34,021 nt of DNA from Candidatus Hydrogenedentota bacterium (GTDB lineage: Bacteria > Hydrogenedentota > Hydrogenedentia > Hydrogenedentales > SLHB01): contig JACRLJ010000128.1 in NCBI GenBank assembly GCA_016215105.1, positions 1-34,021 of the forward strand, in the 5' to 3' direction. The notes beneath the pieces were generated by a model. That model saw nothing but the letters and a program-made list of their open reading frames with translations, was not told the origin of the DNA and made no database searches. The first letter of the stretch is position 1. The number at the start of each line of letters is the position of its first letter. Positions 33,158 through 34,021 of this stretch are shown here, piece by piece. The translations under genes and the position numbers were made by a program.

Positions 33158-34021
33158 CTAAGATTTCCGTTCCGCGTCGAGTCCACAGCGCTTGGCGAGC
33201 GCGGGAAGAGTCTCACTGATTTCTTTGTCGAGCAGAGTCAGTTTGGCGCGCATCATGTCGGTTCCGTGCGAGAGCGTGTGATCGCCTCCGAAGTAGAAAT
33301 CGAGGCGCACGTCCGCCGCCATTACGGGCAACGCCTCGGTGGTGTTGGCTTTTTCATCCTTCAGGACCTCATTCCAGCGGGCAAAGTCCTTTTGCGCGGC
33401 AGCGATTTCCTCAGGGGTGCGAGACGCTTTCGCAGCCAAGGCAAACAAGCGATCCCGCAACTGACATGACTCGTAGAAGTTCGCCTCGGTCCGGGCAGTG
33501 TGATAGAACCAGCGGATCGAGGACACGTCACTGCTAAACGGCAATTGGCAGCGCGCCGGGACCTGTGGCGCCGCCTCGTTGATTTCCTTCACCGCTTGGC
33601 CGAGCAACTCCTCCATCTTGCGATAGTACTTCCCAAAGACCGGGACATTGCCGGTCGGAACTGTCACGAACGACGGCCGCAGCTTTATCCCTTCATCGTC
33701 GGTCATTTCGGCCATGAATAGATAGCGTCCGTAGAATACCTCCGGCAACTTCGCTTCGGGGTCAGCGCACATCGGGTGGGCGGGACCGAGGTAGTAGGGG
33801 CCCATGTAGTACGCGGGGATTTCGGGGGACCATGTAATCGCGTCCGACGCCAGTTTCCACGCGTTGCGAAGATGCGGGCCCGCGGCTGGTCCGGCGATGC
33901 GCGCCGCCAGCTTCTGCAAGTAGTCCTCCTTGGTTTCCGCCGGAGCCCACCACGCGCTCTTATAGGTTTCCACCGCGCTGGTCGCGTAGAACGGTTTGAA
34001 TGCGGAGAACACCCAGGCGCC
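33158..34021 (-). CDS. Hypothetical protein, C-terminal part (gene likely continues beyond the window end)
   Basis: 284-aa ORF reaching the window edge with good codon usage. No recognisable motif. Confidence 0.5.
   Translation of the reverse strand, partial: GAWVFSAFKPFYATSAVETYKSAWWAPAETKEDYLQKLAARIAGPAAGPHLRNAWKLASDAITWSPEIPAYYMGPYYLGPAHPMCADPEAKLPEVFYGRYLFMAEMTDDEGIKLRPSFVTVPTGNVPVFGKYYRKMEELLGQAVKEINEAAPQVPARCQLPFSSDVSSIRWFYHTARTEANFYESCQLRDRLFALAAKASRTPEEIAAAQKDFARWNEVLKDEKANTTEALPVMAADVRLDFYFGGDHTLSHGTDMMRAKLTLLDKEISETLPALAKRCGLDAERKS

Noticed and set aside
1-34021. CRISPR arrays, integrases/recombinases, and toxin-antitoxin or restriction-modification genes
   Set aside because: I searched by eye for regularly spaced direct repeats and for recombinase or nuclease motifs. 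None were found. The only transposase is the IS4-family one at 7.1-8.2 kb.

Overview
This is a high-GC (~60-65%) bacterial chromosomal window that is most likely from a Planctomycetota-like genome. Supporting that are a DUF1559 / H-X9-DG protein with a prepilin-like N-terminus, a GspG-like pseudopilin C-terminal domain, a Tat-signal Gfo/Idh/MocA oxidoreductase, a BlaR1-type M56 protease fused to leucine-rich repeats, and a dockerin-like repeat protein.

Housekeeping genes: hisS lies directly downstream of a co-oriented tRNA-His. Also present are adk, a rhomboid protease, an SPFH/band-7 protein, a GH42-like glycoside hydrolase, and tRNA-Pro(TGG).

Accessory content:
- Around 7.0-8.3 kb there is an IS4-family transposase with the Y-2-R-3-E-6-K signature, split by a frameshift. 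It abuts a lower-GC segment carrying an APH(2'')-like aminoglycoside phosphotransferase and a polytopic membrane protein.
- A blaI-type repressor is paired with a BlaR1-like M56 metalloprotease whose sensor domain is replaced by about 600 aa of leucine-rich repeats (LRR). Candidate operator dyads sit upstream.
- Two ~100-bp direct repeats, each built of three UUCG-type hairpins, bracket a small frameshifted membrane-protein gene next to the IS.
- Partial copies of the tRNA-Pro 3' end, its terminator hairpin and ~60 bp of flank are scattered at about 17.2, 19.4, 21.7 and 26.3 kb. They read as decaying att-site scars that divide 11 kb into cargo segments. The cargo comprises a heparinase-like protein, secreted and DUF1559 proteins, a GH-like TIM-barrel/YVTN beta-propeller protein, a beta-helix/dockerin protein, and an ArsR-SRPBCC/VOC operon. 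No integrase lies in the window.

Several probable frameshifts occur in homopolymer runs. I cannot tell from sequence alone whether they are real or sequencing errors.
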